Shown in pieces: positions 21,190 to 31,525 of a stretch of 64,000 nt of DNA. Location: positions 81,587 to 145,586 of the forward strand of contig JASFQK010000014.1 of the NCBI GenBank assembly GCA_050115495.1, given 5' to 3'. The notes under the pieces were generated by a model. It did not search any database. It was not told where the DNA came from and saw nothing but the letters and a program-made list of their open reading frames with translations. Each line of letters opens with the position of its first letter. Position 1 is the first letter of the stretch. The position numbers and the translations under genes are program-made. This stretch comes from Phycisphaerae bacterium (GTDB lineage: Bacteria > Planctomycetota > Phycisphaerae > UBA1845 > Fen-1342).

Positions 21190-22692
21190 ATGAACGACAA
21201 CGGAACCCGGTTTGAATTCGTCAGCGGAGCCGGCGCAGCCCCCCAGGCCACCGTCCTGCTCGTGCCCCTCCTGGCCAAGCCACAGACGCCGCTCGAACTG
21301 GTCACGCGCGTGGACACGATCTGCGACCAGGCCGTCTCCGACCTGATCGCGGTGAAGGCCGTCGGCGACGACGTCGGCCAATTGGCGCACACGACGCGGT
21401 CGGCGACATACCGGCGGGTGATCGTGGTCAGCCTGGGCGAAGCGGAGAAGCTCACGCCCGAAACGGTTCGCAAGGCTGCTGCGGTGGCGGCGCGGTGGCT
21501 GATCTCGGCGAAGATCGCCCGGGCGGCCCTGTGGGTGGACACGCTGGTGGCGACGGGTGTTACTGGTGCGGTGGCCGAATGGGCGGCGGGCATGACCGTG
21601 GCCGGTTTCCGTTTCAACGAGTACAAGAAGCCCGATAAGGACGTTCCGGCGAAGATCCGGATGCACGTCTGTTCGAGCGAGGCGGAACACATCCGCCGAC
21701 TCCTGCCGCAGATCCGCGAAGAGGTCACCGTCGCCGAGGCTGTCAACTATACGCGGCGCCTGGCGCACCTGCCGGGGAACGTCATCAATCCGGCGACGCT
21801 GGCTGCGGAGGCTCGGAAGCTCACGGAGAAGTCACGGCTGAAGTGCACGGTGCTGGAGGCGGCACAGGTCAAGAAGCTGGGGATGGGCGGGCTGGTCGCG
21901 GTCGGAGCGGGAGCGACGCCGGGACCGTGCCTCATCCAGATTGAATACAAGGCGGCACCGCGTTCGCGGCGGCTGGTGGTGCTCGTCGGGAAAGCCATCA
22001 CGTTCGATACGGGCGGCTACTCGATCAAGCCGTCGGCCAACCTGGATGCGATGAAGTTCGACAAGTGCGGCGGGACCACCGTGCTGGGCATCATGAAGGC
22101 CATTGCCGACCTCAAGCTGAAGTGCAACGTAATCGGCCTGGTGCCGGCGGCGGAAAACGCCGTCTCGGACCGCGCCTATCGTCCGGGCGACATCGTGACC
22201 ATGCTGAGCGGCAAGACGGTCGAGATCATCAGCACGGACGCAGAGGGCCGGCTGGTGCTGGCCGACGCCCTGACGTACGCGCAGAAGAAGTTCAAGCCGA
22301 CAGAGATCATCGACCTGGCCACGCTGACGGGCGGTGTGACGGTCGCCCTGGGCAAGGAAGCCGCCGGCCTGATGAGCAACAACGACGAGCTGGCCGCCGA
22401 GCTGGGTGAATGCGGCCGGCGGACGCGTGAGCGGCTGTGGCGCCTGCCGCTGTGGGACGAGTATCGCGAGTTGATCCGTGGCACGGAGGCGGACATCAAG
22501 AATTCGTCCACCAAGCGCGAGGCGCACGCCATCGTTGGGGGCATGTTCCTGAAGGAATTCGTGGCCGACGCCGTGGCCTGGGCCCACCTGGACATCGCCG
22601 CCGTCGCCACGAGTGACGAGAACGGCGGGCTGACCGGCAAGGGCGCCACCGGTTTCGGGGTGCGGTTGCTGGTGGATTACCTCCGGCGATAA
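21190..22692 (+). CDS. pepA: Leucyl aminopeptidase (M17)
   Basis: LVGKAITFDTGG, MKFDKCG, STDAEGRLVLAD, DLATLTG, WAHLDIA. Confidence 0.93.
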   Translation: MNDNGTRFEFVSGAGAAPQATVLLVPLLAKPQTPLELVTRVDTICDQAVSDLIAVKAVGDDVGQLAHTTRSATYRRVIVVSLGEAEKLTPETVRKAAAVAARWLISAKIARAALWVDTLVATGVTGAVAEWAAGMTVAGFRFNEYKKPDKDVPAKIRMHVCSSEAEHIRRLLPQIREEVTVAEAVNYTRRLAHLPGNVINPATLAAEARKLTEKSRLKCTVLEAAQVKKLGMGGLVAVGAGATPGPCLIQIEYKAAPRSRRLVVLVGKAITFDTGGYSIKPSANLDAMKFDKCGGTTVLGIMKAIADLKLKCNVIGLVPAAENAVSDRAYRPGDIVTMLSGKTVEIISTDAEGRLVLADALTYAQKKFKPTEIIDLATLTGGVTVALGKEAAGLMSNNDELAAELGECGRRTRERLWRLPLWDEYRELIRGTEADIKNSSTKREAHAIVGGMFLKEFVADAVAWAHLDIAAVATSDENGGLTGKGATGFGVRLLVDYLRR

Positions 22693-22725
22693 GGCGGCGC
22701 CGGCGGGTGCCGCGGGAGTCATAGC

Positions 22726-23316
22726 ATGTCTGACGACGCTGCTCGTCCGCCGGACGCGGTTGATCTGCCGCGCATCGAGCGGGCGGTGCGTGAGATTCTG
22801 ATCGCGGTCGGCGAGGATCCGGAGCGGGAGGGATTGCAGGATACGCCGCGGCGGGTGGCCCGCATGTACGCGGAGCTGTTCGACGGCCTGCGCCGCGACG
22901 CCGAGGAGCATCTGCGGGCGATGTTCGACGAGGATCACCACGAGATGGTGGTCCTGCGTGATATCCCCTTCAACAGCATGTGCGAGCATCACCTGTTGCC
23001 GTTCACCGGGCACGCGCACATCGCGTATATCCCGGGCGGCAAAGTGCTGGGGCTCTCGAAGCTGGCCCGCATCGTGGATGTGTTCGCCCACCGGCCGCAG
23101 GTGCAGGAGCGGTTGACGTCGCAGATCGCAGACCTGCTGGCTCAGCGGCTGCGGGTGAAGGGCTGCGCGGTGGTGCTGGAGGCGGTGCACACGTGCATGA
23201 CGACGCGCGGCGTGAAGAAGCCGGGCAGCGTCATGGTCACGTCGGCGCTGCGCGGGCTAATGCAGACCAGCCAGAGCACACGAGCCGAGGCGCTGGCCCT
23301 GCTGTACAAACAGTAG
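22726..23316 (+). CDS. folE: GTP cyclohydrolase I
   Basis: [45 protein letters not shown]. Confidence 0.96.
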   Translation: MSDDAARPPDAVDLPRIERAVREILIAVGEDPEREGLQDTPRRVARMYAELFDGLRRDAEEHLRAMFDEDHHEMVVLRDIPFNSMCEHHLLPFTGHAHIAYIPGGKVLGLSKLARIVDVFAHRPQVQERLTSQIADLLAQRLRVKGCAVVLEAVHTCMTTRGVKKPGSVMVTSALRGLMQTSQSTRAEALALLYKQ

Positions 23317-23346
23317 GCTCGCGGGCGGGGCACGCGGGCATGTCGT

Positions 23347-23375
23347 TGGACAGTCGCGCGGGGGCCTGTTAACCT
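23347..23375 (+). promoter_or_regulatory. sigma70-like promoter
   Basis: TGGACA, 17-nt spacer, TAACCT with extended TG. Confidence 0.5.
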
Positions 23376-23415
23376 CTGCGCTATGGCATCCACTCGGATG
23401 CGGAGGAGGCTCATC

Positions 23416-24750
23416 ATGATGCGTCTGATTGCTGCGCTCACGCTGGTCGCATTAGTGGCTGTCGGCCCGGCCATCGCGGGCGACCCACCCCGGCCCAATC
23501 TCGAAAAGCCGGTGGATTACATCAAGTGGTACAACGACGAGTTCGGCAAAGGGCTTCGCGAAAACGCGGCAGACCTGTACCGCGAAGCGGTGGCCGACTT
23601 CGAAGTTGACGAGGAAACCTCCGACCTGCTCGCCGCCGGCGCGGACGGCACGTGGACGGAGGAGCAGGTCGAGCCGCTGCGGGAGCTGATCAACGAACAC
23701 GAAGAGAACCTGAGGAAGCTCGCGGAGGGCGCTCGTCTCAGCGATTGCCATTTCCACCTCGAGTCGGAGTCGGGCGTAGCGTTCGAGATTGAGCTGCCGG
23801 AGTTCCGGCTGCTTCGGGCCTTGGCGCGGCTGGCTGCGACCCGCGCCCGTTTCCGGTTCGCCGAGGGCCGGATCGACGAGGGTATGGACGACGTATGCGC
23901 TATGCTTGGCCTAGCCGAGCATCTGCGGCAGCAGCCCCTGGTGATCTCATATCTCTTCGGCCTCGCTTGCAGCGCGACAGCGTACGATGTGCTGTACGAC
24001 CTGCCGCTCGTTGCGACCGGGCTGGTGGACTACGAGAAGCAGGTGCTCAGCAAGCTGAACGCGGTGGACCGCGCGCCGCGTTCACCCACGAAGCAGATCA
24101 GCGGAGAGAGGGCCTGCGCCTTCGATTTCGCCCAGCGGTTCCTGCGCGATATGGACAGCGACGGGCGAATTGACTACCTGGCGGCGCCCAACATCCCCGG
24201 CATGAGCAATCAGAGCGTCCCCGTCGCTCCGCCGCAGAGGTTCGACGAGATCATCAAGGAAGTGGACGCCATGTACACGCGAATAGGCAAGCTCTACGAC
24301 GGGGACTACGCCGTCGCTCGCAAGCGGGCCGATACGCTGGAGCGGGACCTTGCCGCCAAGAAAGGCACAATAGTCGGCATCCTCGTCCCCGGGCTGACCG
24401 AGGTGATGCGGCTCTATTACCGGGTGCGCACCGAGCGTAACGCCTGCCGCGTCATGTTCCATCTGCACGCCTGGCACGCCGAGCACGGCCGCTGGCCCGA
24501 GACGCTTGCCGAGGCTCTGTCCAAGCGCGTGCTCCGCAGGTTCTCGGACCCGTTCTCCGATAAGCCGTTCGGTTATCGGCTCCAGGACGGCAAGCCCGTG
24601 GTCTACTCGGTCAGCCTGGACGGCGTCGACAACGACGGCGACGCCGGTGGCAAAGACAAGCCAGACTGGCATGACGCCCCCGACTACGTCTTCTGGCCCC
24701 GCCCGAAACCCTCAACGATCCCGCAGCCGGCCTCACAGCCCGGGGAGTAG
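23416..24750 (+). CDS. Secreted hypothetical protein with a type II secretion G-like C-terminal motif
   Basis: GGAGGAGG RBS; signal peptide; 'EHGRWPETL...DPFSDKPFGY......VYSVSLDGVDNDG'. Confidence 0.7.
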   Translation: MMRLIAALTLVALVAVGPAIAGDPPRPNLEKPVDYIKWYNDEFGKGLRENAADLYREAVADFEVDEETSDLLAAGADGTWTEEQVEPLRELINEHEENLRKLAEGARLSDCHFHLESESGVAFEIELPEFRLLRALARLAATRARFRFAEGRIDEGMDDVCAMLGLAEHLRQQPLVISYLFGLACSATAYDVLYDLPLVATGLVDYEKQVLSKLNAVDRAPRSPTKQISGERACAFDFAQRFLRDMDSDGRIDYLAAPNIPGMSNQSVPVAPPQRFDEIIKEVDAMYTRIGKLYDGDYAVARKRADTLERDLAAKKGTIVGILVPGLTEVMRLYYRVRTERNACRVMFHLHAWHAEHGRWPETLAEALSKRVLRRFSDPFSDKPFGYRLQDGKPVVYSVSLDGVDNDGDAGGKDKPDWHDAPDYVFWPRPKPSTIPQPASQPGE

Positions 24751-25005
24751 TCCCACCCGCCGGTGCTGAGCGCCTCCGTTCGGCGGTCCGTTTCAGACGG
24801 TCGGCGTCCGATTGCGCCAGGACCCCGGAAAAGCTGTCCTGCCCGCCCGTCACACCTGTTGTTCCAGGATGAAGCCCCCCTGCGCGCAAGACGATAACTA
24901 CTGCGTGTAGCCGGCTGCCGCTGCCGCGCAGACCCTGCGCTCGGCGCGGCGGTGCCGGCGAGCCTCGATACAGGAAAACCGCAGCAACGAACGAGAGGTT
25001 GCCCC

Positions 25006-26625
25006 ATGTATGCCATCCCAGCGCCGCACCGCGGAACGCCCTGGATCGCCCTACTCGTCCTGGCCCTGCTCACCGGACCGGCCTATGCCCAGGACATCGT
25101 CTACCAGGCTGTGCAGCTCGGCACGCTCGGCGGCGGCTCCGGCGACAGCGAAGGCTGGGCCATCAACGACTACGGCCAGATCGTCGGCCGCTCGCACAGC
25201 TCCGCCGGCGAGCCGCACATGTTCCACTGGGAAAACTACGAGATGCTCGATCTGAACATCGAGCTCCAGTGGGATCGGCGGATCCAACAGCTCATCTACG
25301 GCGTGGGCTTCGACATCTCGAACACCGACCTGATCGCCGGTGCGACGCAGTGCTCGCCGATGTGCCCGCCCGATGAGCTGGACTCGGACGTCCCCGGTGG
25401 CAAGTACGTCCACGCCTGCCTCTTCCGCCCGGCCGTCATGAGCGATCTGGGCACGCCCTATCCCGGCGACGGACTGACGATTCTCGGCACGCTCGGCAGC
25501 GGCCTGTACAGCGCGGCCACCGGCGTGTCGCCCGGCGGGCTCTACGTCGTCGGTTGGTCCGACACGAACACGTATGGGAGCTTCCACGGCTTCCTGGTCA
25601 CGCCCGTCAACGGCGAGTGGAGCGACCGCTGCGTGATCTGCGACGACCCGGCGAACACGCTGCTGAAAGATCTGGGCACGCTGCGCACGCCGGACGAGGT
25701 TAGCAGCGCCACCGCGGTCAACGACGCCGGCCAGGTCGTCGGCTGGTCCTACACCGAGTTCCCCGGCGACACCGCCAAGAGCGGATACTCCGCGTTCCTC
25801 ATCGAGTTCCCCGGCGACACGAACGCTGACGGCGTCCTCGACCAGTGGTCGGTCGATGCCAACAGCGACGGGGCCAACGACCTGATGATCGATCTGGGTA
25901 CGCTCGGCGGGCACAATAGCTGGGCCCGCGACATCAACAGCGACGCCATCGTCGTCGGGGAGTCGGACGTCGGTGACTGGATGACGCAGGCGTTCCTCTG
26001 GCACCCGGACACGCGGACGATGCTGCCGCTCGGTACGCTGGGCGGCGAGAACAGCAGCGCCTGCGCCGTCAACAACGTCGGCCAGGTCGTCGGCTGGGCC
26101 ATGAACGCCGACGATGACAAGCGGGCCTTCATCGTCAATCCGCAGGATACCGACGGCAACGGTCTGCCCGACCGTTGGTTCGTCGACGAGGACAACGACG
26201 GCGTCAACGATCTCATGACCGACCTGAACTCGCTGCTGCCCAGCGGCTTCGGCGTGCGTCTCACCGAGGCACGCGGCATCAACGACAGCGGCCAGATCAC
26301 CGGCTGGGGCACGATCGGCGCCGGCGACAACGTGCAGCGCATGGCCGTCCTGCTCATGCCCGTTCCGGCGAGCGGAGCCGGCGGCGGCGGTGGCAGCACG
26401 GGCGTTCGCCAGGACGCCGTCCTCGAACCCATCGAAGCCGACGTCAACGGCGGCGGCGACGACGACAACACGGTCGATACCAGCGACGGAACCAGCGCGC
26501 CGCTGACGTTCGGACCGCTGCACTTCCTGTGCGGCATGGGTCTGAACAGCATGGTGCCGCTGGCGCTCGCCGGCCTGTGCGGCCTGAAGCTCGGCTTCGG
26601 CCGGCCGCGTCGCCGGCTGCGCTGA
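25006..26625 (+). CDS. Extracellular HAF-repeat protein with C-terminal membrane anchor
   Basis: Repeated 'DLGTLGG..S.A..[IV]N..GQ[IV]VG'; C-terminal CG motif, hydrophobic stretch and basic tail. Confidence 0.85.
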   Translation: MYAIPAPHRGTPWIALLVLALLTGPAYAQDIVYQAVQLGTLGGGSGDSEGWAINDYGQIVGRSHSSAGEPHMFHWENYEMLDLNIELQWDRRIQQLIYGVGFDISNTDLIAGATQCSPMCPPDELDSDVPGGKYVHACLFRPAVMSDLGTPYPGDGLTILGTLGSGLYSAATGVSPGGLYVVGWSDTNTYGSFHGFLVTPVNGEWSDRCVICDDPANTLLKDLGTLRTPDEVSSATAVNDAGQVVGWSYTEFPGDTAKSGYSAFLIEFPGDTNADGVLDQWSVDANSDGANDLMIDLGTLGGHNSWARDINSDAIVVGESDVGDWMTQAFLWHPDTRTMLPLGTLGGENSSACAVNNVGQVVGWAMNADDDKRAFIVNPQDTDGNGLPDRWFVDEDNDGVNDLMTDLNSLLPSGFGVRLTEARGINDSGQITGWGTIGAGDNVQRMAVLLMPVPASGAGGGGGSTGVRQDAVLEPIEADVNGGGDDDNTVDTSDGTSAPLTFGPLHFLCGMGLNSMVPLALAGLCGLKLGFGRPRRRLR

Positions 26626-26723
26626 AGACGTTCCCACTCTGCAACGGTCATTCCGCGACAGCGTGCGCGCGACTATAATCGCGCGCCGCGCTGACGCGCC
26701 GACAGCCGCGCCGCGGCCGATGA

Positions 26724-27266
26724 ATGACCATGCGTCCCACCGCCCCGAACAACCTGATCGCCGGCTTGCCTCAGGACGAAGTCGCCCTGGCCTCGCCCCT
26801 GTGCCCGGTAGACCGCCTACCCCGTCGGCGGCGTAACCAGATCTGCATCCTCATTATCGCCGTCGGCCTGGTGAACTTCCTGGCGTACACGCTGGGCTAC
26901 GCGATCATCGGCGGCGACGCACACAACGGCTACCGCCGGCAGGTCACGGCGACCGACGGGACCACGCGGCAGGCGTACTTCGTGCGGGGCGATCATGTGC
27001 GGAGCCTCGCCGGCCGCGAGACGCAGGTCAGCCGCAGCCTGTGGATCTACAGCTACCTGCACTCGATCACGGTGCCGCTGACGTCGGGGGCGCTGATCAT
27101 CAGCATGCTCGTGCTGGCCCGCCCGCACATCATCGCCACGATGCGGCACGGGTGGATCAGCGGACAGACGTTCGTGACGGCGTTCGGCACGATCGTCATC
27201 CTGGCGACGGTCTCGGCCACGGTGCTGCTCGTGGGACATTTCGTCGCCGAAATGGGTGGGTCGTAG
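26724..27266 (+). CDS. Membrane protein of unknown function (3 TM)
   Basis: Three hydrophobic segments; TATAAT upstream; stop overlaps the next start. Confidence 0.7.
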   Translation: MTMRPTAPNNLIAGLPQDEVALASPLCPVDRLPRRRRNQICILIIAVGLVNFLAYTLGYAIIGGDAHNGYRRQVTATDGTTRQAYFVRGDHVRSLAGRETQVSRSLWIYSYLHSITVPLTSGALIISMLVLARPHIIATMRHGWISGQTFVTAFGTIVILATVSATVLLVGHFVAEMGGS

Positions 27267-29233
27267 TGGTGGACGGGGTGGCAATCGCCGACTGGCTGGC
27301 CGAAGAGGGCCCTCTCGCCCAGCGTTTGCCGGGCTTTGAGGTTCGGCCCGAGCAGCGTGAGATGGCGATGGTCGTCGCCAAAGCCTTCGAGGACGGCAGA
27401 CACCTAGCCGTCGAGGCCGGAACGGGTATCGGCAAGACGTTCGCCTACCTTCTGCCGGCGATCGAGCAGGTCGCCCGGAACAAACGCCGGGTTGCCATCA
27501 GTACGCACACCATCGCGCTACAGGAGCAGATCTTTCAGAAGGATCTGCCGTTTCTGCAGGAGGCGCTGGGCGTGCCGTTCAAGGCGGAGCTGGTCAAGGG
27601 CCGCACGAACTACGTCGCCCTTCGCCGGCTGAAGCAGACGAGCGAGCGGCAGAAAGCGTTGTTCAGCGATCGCAAGCTGCTGACTGCGCTGCACGCGATC
27701 GAGGATTGGGCGTACGAGACGGAGGACGGCTCGCTGAGCGATCTGCCGACGTCGCCGCCGGCGGAGTTGTGGGACAAGGTGCGCAGCGAGCACGGCAACT
27801 GCCTGGGGCGGCGGTGCCCGACGTACCTGGCGTGCTTCTATCAGCGGGCTCGCCGGCGGGCCGAGGCGGCCGACATTCTCGTGGTCAACCACGCCCTGCT
27901 GGTGGCCGATCTGCTGCTCCGCCGGGAGGGGGCGAGCGTGCTGCCCGATTACGATCTGGCGGTCATCGACGAGGCGCACACGCTCGAACAGGTGGCGACG
28001 GATCATCTGGGCAACAGCGTCTCAAACGCCAACGTGCAGCACGTGCTGGCGGGGCTGTTCAACGAACGGACGGGCAAGGGGCTCTTGGGCAGTGTCGGCG
28101 ATGATGGGCAGCGCAAGGCGGTGACCACGGCGCAGTCGGCGGCCACGCGGTTTTTCAACGACCTGGCGGCGTGGCAGCAGCACCGCGGGCGGGCCAATGG
28201 GCGGCTCGTCGCGCCGCGACCGGTGCCCAACCCGCTATCGCCGGCGCTGGCCGAGATGGCCAAAGGGCTGCGCGGGTTGCAGAAGAGCCTGCCGCGAGAG
28301 GAGGATCAGCGCGAGCTCGGTGCGCAGCTCGACCGGGCCGAGGGGCTCGGTCAATCGCTCGAAGCCCTGCTCGAACAGAATTACGAGGAGCACGTCTACT
28401 GGATCGAGCATGATGCGGCCCGGACGCGGCGGATCGCGGTCTGCGGGGCGCCGCTCGACGCCGGGGCGTTTCTGCGGGAGATGCTGTTCGAACGGGTGAA
28501 GAGCGTCGTGCTGACCAGCGCGACGCTGACCACCGCCGGCGATAGCAGCTTTTCGTATTTGCTGTCGCGGCTGGGGACTCCGCCGGCGGAAGCGGTGCAG
28601 CTCGGCTCGCCGTTCGATTTTGCCAGGCAGGTGGTCGTGCACGTGGAGGCGGGGATGCCGGACCCGTCCAGCGGTCGGCGGTTCGTGGAGGCGGCGGCCA
28701 CGGCCGTCACGAGCTATCTTCGCCAGACGGAGGGGCGGGCGTTTGTGCTATTCACGAGCTACCAGATGCTGGGTGAGGTCGCGGCGATCGTGCGTGCAGA
28801 CCTGGAGGCCGACGGCTACACGATTCTGGCGCAGGGGGAGGAACTGTCGCGCTCGCGCATGCTGACGGCGTTGCGCGAGACGCCGCGAACGGCCATCTTC
28901 GGCACGGACAGCTTCTGGCAGGGTGTGGACGTGGTCGGGTCGGCGCTGTCGAACGTGACGATTGTGAAGCTGCCCTTCGCGGTGCCGGATCGGCCGATGG
29001 TCGAGGCCCGCGTCGACCTGATCCGCCGGCGCGGCGGCAACCCGTTCAACGATTACCAGCTTCCCGAGGCGGTGCTGAAGTTCCGCCAGGGGTTCGGCCG
29101 CCTGATCCGCAGCCGGAACGACACCGGCATCGTGGTCATTCTCGACCCGCGGGTGGTGACGAAGCATTACGGGCGGCGGTTCCTGGACAGCCTACCCCCC
29201 TGCCCGCAGGAGGTTTCCCAGCAGCCTTGGTGA
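27266..29233 (+). CDS. DinG/YoaA family ATP-dependent helicase
   Basis: [50 protein letters not shown]. Confidence 0.93.
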   Translation: MVDGVAIADWLAEEGPLAQRLPGFEVRPEQREMAMVVAKAFEDGRHLAVEAGTGIGKTFAYLLPAIEQVARNKRRVAISTHTIALQEQIFQKDLPFLQEALGVPFKAELVKGRTNYVALRRLKQTSERQKALFSDRKLLTALHAIEDWAYETEDGSLSDLPTSPPAELWDKVRSEHGNCLGRRCPTYLACFYQRARRRAEAADILVVNHALLVADLLLRREGASVLPDYDLAVIDEAHTLEQVATDHLGNSVSNANVQHVLAGLFNERTGKGLLGSVGDDGQRKAVTTAQSAATRFFNDLAAWQQHRGRANGRLVAPRPVPNPLSPALAEMAKGLRGLQKSLPREEDQRELGAQLDRAEGLGQSLEALLEQNYEEHVYWIEHDAARTRRIAVCGAPLDAGAFLREMLFERVKSVVLTSATLTTAGDSSFSYLLSRLGTPPAEAVQLGSPFDFARQVVVHVEAGMPDPSSGRRFVEAAATAVTSYLRQTEGRAFVLFTSYQMLGEVAAIVRADLEADGYTILAQGEELSRSRMLTALRETPRTAIFGTDSFWQGVDVVGSALSNVTIVKLPFAVPDRPMVEARVDLIRRRGGNPFNDYQLPEAVLKFRQGFGRLIRSRNDTGIVVILDPRVVTKHYGRRFLDSLPPCPQEVSQQPW

Positions 29234-29244
29234 GGCGCCGGCGC

Positions 29245-29280
29245 AGAAAAGAGCGGGAGGACGCCGAAGCATCCTCCCGC
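29245..29280 (-). terminator. Intrinsic terminator between convergent genes
   Basis: GCGGGAGGA...TCCTCCCGC stem followed by a U-rich tract on the minus strand. Confidence 0.7.
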
Positions 29281-29304
29281 ATCGAGGTCGCGTGTGCGCT
29301 GCGA

Positions 29305-31287
29305 CTAGCGTGAGATCAACTGCACGAACGGCCCAATGTCGAAGTTGTTGAGCTGGCCGTCCTCGTTGACATCACCGAACATCGGATCGCACTCCGGGTA
29401 TTGCTCGGCGTAGCCCTCGGGGTTGGTCAGGGCCAGCACGAACGGGGCGATATCGAAGTTGTCGACGACACCGTCACAGTTCAGGTCGCCGGTGCCGGAC
29501 AGCGTCGCGATGCAGCCCCACTGGCTGAGGCTGGTCGTCACCAGGTCAACGTTTCGCGCCATGACGCCGAAGCAGTAGGTTATTTCCGGCTGCAAGCCGT
29601 ACACGACGAGGTCGTCCCAGTCGCCCAACTGCTGCCAGACGGCGTCTTCGTCATTCGTACCGGTGGCGTAACCGAGCTCGTCGATCCACTGACCGTCCAT
29701 CGCCGGGTCGCCGGTGGTGTAGGCGCACTGGATGGCGAACTCGGTGGTGGCCGGGTTGCTGGCGGGATCGATCGTGACGGCGATCGTCTGGGCGCCGGTG
29801 GCGACAAGGGTCGGGCGGCCGGGGCGCATGGCCAGTGTGTAGGCCGAGGCCGGGTCGCTGTAGCCGGTCTCGTTGCCCGAGCCGTCACGCGCCTTGACCT
29901 CGTACGTGTAGGCCGTGTTGGGCTGGAGACCGGTATTGGCGTAGCCACGCGTGGGCTGCCAGCCGCTGTCGGCGCCGCCCGAGCCGCCGGAGACGAGGTG
30001 GAAGTAGTACTCGATCGCGGGCGAACCGCTGTCCGAGGCCTCGACCGCACTCATGGTGACCTGCGTGTCGCTGGTCGCGGCCGGAAACAGTTCGAACTCC
30101 ATCGGATCGGGCGTGGGCGGCGTCACATCGGCCGGGCCGAGAACGTTGAGGTAGAACTCGCCGGTCGCAGCATCGTTGCCGGCAACGCGGATGTAGTACG
30201 TCTCGGCCTCATACACGTCCACGTCCAGGCAGGACTGGAGGGAACCGACGTCGCAGATGTCGCTATCGTCGTTGCAGGCAAGCTGGTTGGCCGCAGTGCC
30301 CGGACACCCGGTGTGCACGGACAGGACGGTGTCCAGAGTTGAGCCGCAGGTGTCGAGGTAGAGCGTGCCGTCGGCCTTGGCGGTGTAAGTGTACCAGACG
30401 TCGGGGGAGGAGTTGGACGAGCCGCAACTGGCGGAGCCGTCATTGGTGGCGTCGCTGGTGTGGCCCTCTTCCGTGCCGTCCTCCACGTCGCGAGCGTCGG
30501 AGCAGTCGTCGGCCGGTCCCGAGGGCGGGAAGGGCCAGAGCATCGTATGCGACTGGAAGACTTCGGCGCGGTTGCTGGGTCCGCCGGTCGATTGGGGCTC
30601 CTGGGCCCAGATGATGATCTTGATGTTGCTCTGGTGGGACCAGCTATACGAATCGAACGTGAACTGCCGCTCCACGGTCTGGCACTGACCGGGACTGAGG
30701 TAGATGTCCTGGGTGGCAGCGGCCTGCTTGAAGCCGTTGCGGCAATAGCTGGGGCTGGTCGGCCAGTGGTCGAGAACCTGCACCATGTAGATGCGCATGC
30801 TCTTGGCCGTGCCACCGGCCTCCATGCAGATGGTGGCTTCGACGTTGTAGGTGGTGCCGCTGACGAAATCGCCGGTGGCGGTGATGATCACGTCCGTCGG
30901 CAGGACGGCTCGGCTGTTAAACTCGTTGTAGTAAAGGGCATACGTGTGGCTGCCGCTGTGCTTGACCGTACCGTCGAAGTAGGTCGTCGGATACCCGGTG
31001 GCATCCTGGTAGAAGCTCCAGCGGGCGTTGGCCCAGGAGGTTTCGTAGTCGTCGCCGCGGTGAATCTGGACAAACGAGAACGTGGTCGGGTAGTTCTCCA
31101 TCAACTGGGCCAGGATCGGGCCGGCCTGTGCGCAATAGCTGCACCAGGTCGCGGTGAATTCCTCCCCCAGCACTGTCCGCGTCGCTCCGGAGGCGGTTAC
31201 GGGCATCGCTGCGAGAACCACGATCGCCAGGATCCCCCCGAGCCACAAGCTTCTCCGTGTGTAGCTACAACAGCCTTCCATCTCCAT
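29305..31287 (-). CDS. Secreted thioredoxin/Omp28-like (CxxC) - FN3 - dockerin-like protein (Cys paralogue)
   Basis: Signal peptide; 'VLGEEFTATWCSYC', 'GYPT..FDG' cis-Pro loop; 'GLQPNTAYTYEVKARD' FN3; GDLNCDG dockerin-like end. Confidence 0.85.
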   Translation of the reverse strand: MEMEGCCSYTRRSLWLGGILAIVVLAAMPVTASGATRTVLGEEFTATWCSYCAQAGPILAQLMENYPTTFSFVQIHRGDDYETSWANARWSFYQDATGYPTTYFDGTVKHSGSHTYALYYNEFNSRAVLPTDVIITATGDFVSGTTYNVEATICMEAGGTAKSMRIYMVQVLDHWPTSPSYCRNGFKQAAATQDIYLSPGQCQTVERQFTFDSYSWSHQSNIKIIIWAQEPQSTGGPSNRAEVFQSHTMLWPFPPSGPADDCSDARDVEDGTEEGHTSDATNDGSASCGSSNSSPDVWYTYTAKADGTLYLDTCGSTLDTVLSVHTGCPGTAANQLACNDDSDICDVGSLQSCLDVDVYEAETYYIRVAGNDAATGEFYLNVLGPADVTPPTPDPMEFELFPAATSDTQVTMSAVEASDSGSPAIEYYFHLVSGGSGGADSGWQPTRGYANTGLQPNTAYTYEVKARDGSGNETGYSDPASAYTLAMRPGRPTLVATGAQTIAVTIDPASNPATTEFAIQCAYTTGDPAMDGQWIDELGYATGTNDEDAVWQQLGDWDDLVVYGLQPEITYCFGVMARNVDLVTTSLSQWGCIATLSGTGDLNCDGVVDNFDIAPFVLALTNPEGYAEQYPECDPMFGDVNEDGQLNNFDIGPFVQLISR

Positions 31288-31376
31288 CTCCTTGAACGGT
31301 GTCCCAAAGCTGCTTCACCGGCATCGATTTGGGGTAGTCCCACCCCAATCGACCGGAACGGTCGCCGGTGCCTCCA

Positions 31377-31411
31377 TGAGACAGCGTACTCAATTGATGG
31401 AAGGGTTGCTA
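31377..31411 (-). promoter_or_regulatory. Promoter duplicated with the gene (copy 1)
   Basis: Minus strand TAGCAA, 17-nt spacer, TACGCT; 17/18 match to 33600-33617. Confidence 0.5.
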
Positions 31412-31525
31412 CCTTTTTCGGCCCCTTTTGCGCGCACAACATCCCTGTGGACCCTCAGAGGGGCCTGAAGAGGCCCGGGTGGGGGGCGCCGCAGCGTCCC
31501 CCACTCAGGGGGCTTTGCGCTGCGC